From NCBI RefSeq assembly GCF_900129975.1, contig NZ_FSRG01000007.1, forward strand, positions 11,908 through 35,907: DNA of 24,000 bases, in the 5' to 3' direction. Positions 22,414 through 24,000 of the stretch are shown one piece after another. The stretch is from Halodesulfovibrio marinisediminis DSM 17456 (GTDB taxonomy: Bacteria; Desulfobacterota; Desulfovibrionia; Desulfovibrionales; Desulfovibrionaceae). A model generated the notes under the pieces. That model was not told the origin of the DNA. It saw only the letters and a program-made list of their open reading frames with translations, and ran no database searches. A program made the position numbers and the translations under genes. Position 1 is the stretch's first letter, and each line of letters opens with the position of its first letter.

Positions 22414-24000
22414 ATGGGAAAAGAACCTAAAAAGCCTGAAGATCTTTCTATTTGGCAAGACGCGCATGCAATGATCCGCAAAGCGAAAGCGGAAAGTATT
22501 GAAACTGCGTGGGACAGATTGGAACGCCAAACTCCACATTGTAAGTTTTGTGACCTAGGTACTACATGCCGAAACTGTATTATGGGGCCTTGCCGGATCA
22601 GCAATAAGCCGGGGGCAAAAATGAACATCGGCGTGTGCGGTGCCGACGCAGACGTTGTTGTTGCCCGTAACTTTGGTCGTTTTGTTGCTGGTGGTAGCGC
22701 TGGTCATTCAGATCATGGTCGCGATTTGATTGAAGTATTGGAAGCAATTGTTGAAGGTGATACAGAGCATTATCGTATTACTGATCCGGAAAAGCTTACA
22801 CGCATCGCTGCTGAGGTAGGTGTTGTGACAGAAGGTCGAGACCTGCATGACATAGCCGTAGACCTTGTTGACGAATGTTTCAAAGACTTTGGTTCCCGTC
22901 GGTCTTCCCTTTCATTTTTATCCCGTGTTCCTCAACAGCGTCGTGAACTCTGGGACCGCGTAGGCATTACCCCTCGTGGGATAGACCGCGAAATTGCAGA
23001 GATGATGCACCGTACTCACATGGGTTGTGACAACGATGCTCCGAACACATTGCTGCATGCTGCACGTTGTGCGCTTTCTGACGGCTGGGGTGGTTCTATG
23101 ATCGGTACAGAGCTTTCCGATGTTATTTTCGGTACTCCTACTCCATCACGCTCTACAAGTAACCTCGGCGTTATTAAAGAAGATAAAGTAAACATTCTGG
23201 TGCACGGTCATAACCCTGTTGTATCCGAAATGATTCTCGCCGCTTCTCGTCTTCCGGAATTGGTAGAAAAAGCCAAAGCAGCAGGTGCGACAGGTATCAA
23301 CGTTGCGGGGCTTTGTTGTACTGGTAACGAGCTACTTATGCGTCAGGGCATCCCAATGGCTGGTAACCATTTAATGACAGAGCTTGCCATTGTAACCGGT
23401 GCTGTAGAATCTGTTGTTGTAGATTACCAGTGTATTATGCCTTCATTGGTGACTGTTTCACAGTGTTACCATACTCGTTTCATTACAACTGCTGAGAAAG
23501 CCAAATTTACAGGTGCAATGCACTTTGAAGTTCATCCGCATAATGCTCTTGAACAGGCTACGGCCATAGTTGAAGAGTCTATTAAAGCTTATATCGAACG
23601 AGACAAAGGCCGTGTGGAGATTCCAACACAACCTGTAGAAATTATGACCGGCTTCTCCAATGAAGCTATTCTCTCCGCACTTGGTGGAACACTGACCCCT
23701 CTCATTGATGCCATTAAAGCAGGTAAGGTTCGTGGTGTTGTTGGTATTGTGGGTTGCAACAATCCAAAAATTAAACAGGATTCCGCAAACGTCGGTCTTG
23801 CAAAAGAATTGATTAAGCGTGACATACTTGTTCTTGTTACTGGTTGCGTAACCACTGCTGCCGGTAAAGCTGGTCTTCTTGTGCCGGAAGGTGCTGAAAT
23901 GGCGGGCGAAGGACTTAAAGAAATATGCGGTGCACTTGGCATTCCACCGGTATTACACCTTGGCAGTTGTGTAGATAACTCCCGTATTATGCATCTTTGC
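22414..24000 (+). CDS. cooS: anaerobic Ni-Fe carbon monoxide dehydrogenase catalytic subunit CooS (5-prime 529 codons; continues past the window end)
   Basis: Missing from the ORF track because there is no stop before 24000. My translation reads MGKEPKKPEDLSIWQDAHAMIRKAKAESIETAWDRLERQTPHCKFCDLGTTCRNCIMGPCRIS..GVCGADADVVVARNFGRFVAGGSAGHSDHGR..HGHNPVV..GLCCTGNELLMRQG..VGIVGCNNP. These are the B/D-cluster Cys motifs and C-cluster ligand contexts of CooS. GAGGAG lies 7 nt upstream. Confidence 0.92.
   Translation, partial: MGKEPKKPEDLSIWQDAHAMIRKAKAESIETAWDRLERQTPHCKFCDLGTTCRNCIMGPCRISNKPGAKMNIGVCGADADVVVARNFGRFVAGGSAGHSDHGRDLIEVLEAIVEGDTEHYRITDPEKLTRIAAEVGVVTEGRDLHDIAVDLVDECFKDFGSRRSSLSFLSRVPQQRRELWDRVGITPRGIDREIAEMMHRTHMGCDNDAPNTLLHAARCALSDGWGGSMIGTELSDVIFGTPTPSRSTSNLGVIKEDKVNILVHGHNPVVSEMILAASRLPELVEKAKAAGATGINVAGLCCTGNELLMRQGIPMAGNHLMTELAIVTGAVESVVVDYQCIMPSLVTVSQCYHTRFITTAEKAKFTGAMHFEVHPHNALEQATAIVEESIKAYIERDKGRVEIPTQPVEIMTGFSNEAILSALGGTLTPLIDAIKAGKVRGVVGIVGCNNPKIKQDSANVGLAKELIKRDILVLVTGCVTTAAGKAGLLVPEGAEMAGEGLKEICGALGIPPVLHLGSCVDNSRIMHLC

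Noticed and set aside
21967-22539. 190-aa minus-strand ORF spanning the cooA 3-prime end, the CooA operator and the cooS start
   Set aside because: It overlaps two well-supported plus-strand genes and their regulatory region. It has no RBS and no recognisable domain.
23589-23942. 117-aa minus-strand ORF inside cooS
   Set aside because: It is antisense to conserved CODH coding sequence. Its Pro/Ser/Ala-rich translation is typical of a shadow ORF.

Overview
The window looks like a chromosomal segment from a moderate-GC, Desulfovibrio-like sulfate reducer. That assignment is inferred from gene content only. Twenty-one protein-coding genes are supported. (1) A minus-strand biotin operon, bioB-bioA-[308-bp inverted-repeat element]-DH1-KR-ACP-KAS-DH2-bioF-bioD, is transcribed divergently from birA, with an E. 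coli-geometry BirA operator between them. The five genes embedded between bioA and bioF form a dedicated type-II-FAS-like module. No BioC/BioH, BioW, BioI or BioZ equivalent is present in the window. This module is the best candidate for an uncharacterised system, namely a non-canonical pimeloyl-carrier-protein route. It includes two hot-dog proteins that each retain only one residue of the FabZ His/Glu catalytic dyad. (2) A MATE transporter is translationally coupled to a DUF2156 (MprF-C-like) protein, followed by an Nfu-type protein and gltX. (3) A predicted sigma-54 operon encodes an agmatinase-family ureohydrolase and a sodium:solute symporter. It has an exact-spacing -24/-12 promoter and three TATTCA-N4-TGAATA upstream repeats, and it sits next to a PAS-AAA+-HTH enhancer-binding protein. 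(4) A small orphan protein, a Crp/Fnr regulator, an orphan secreted protein and a ferredoxin-domain protein. (5) cooA, a perfect TGTCAGC-N2-GCTGACA palindrome, and the 5-prime 529 codons of cooS (Ni-CODH). No rRNA, tRNA, CRISPR array or transposase was seen. All calls rest on reading the sequence and ORF translations by eye; no searches were run.
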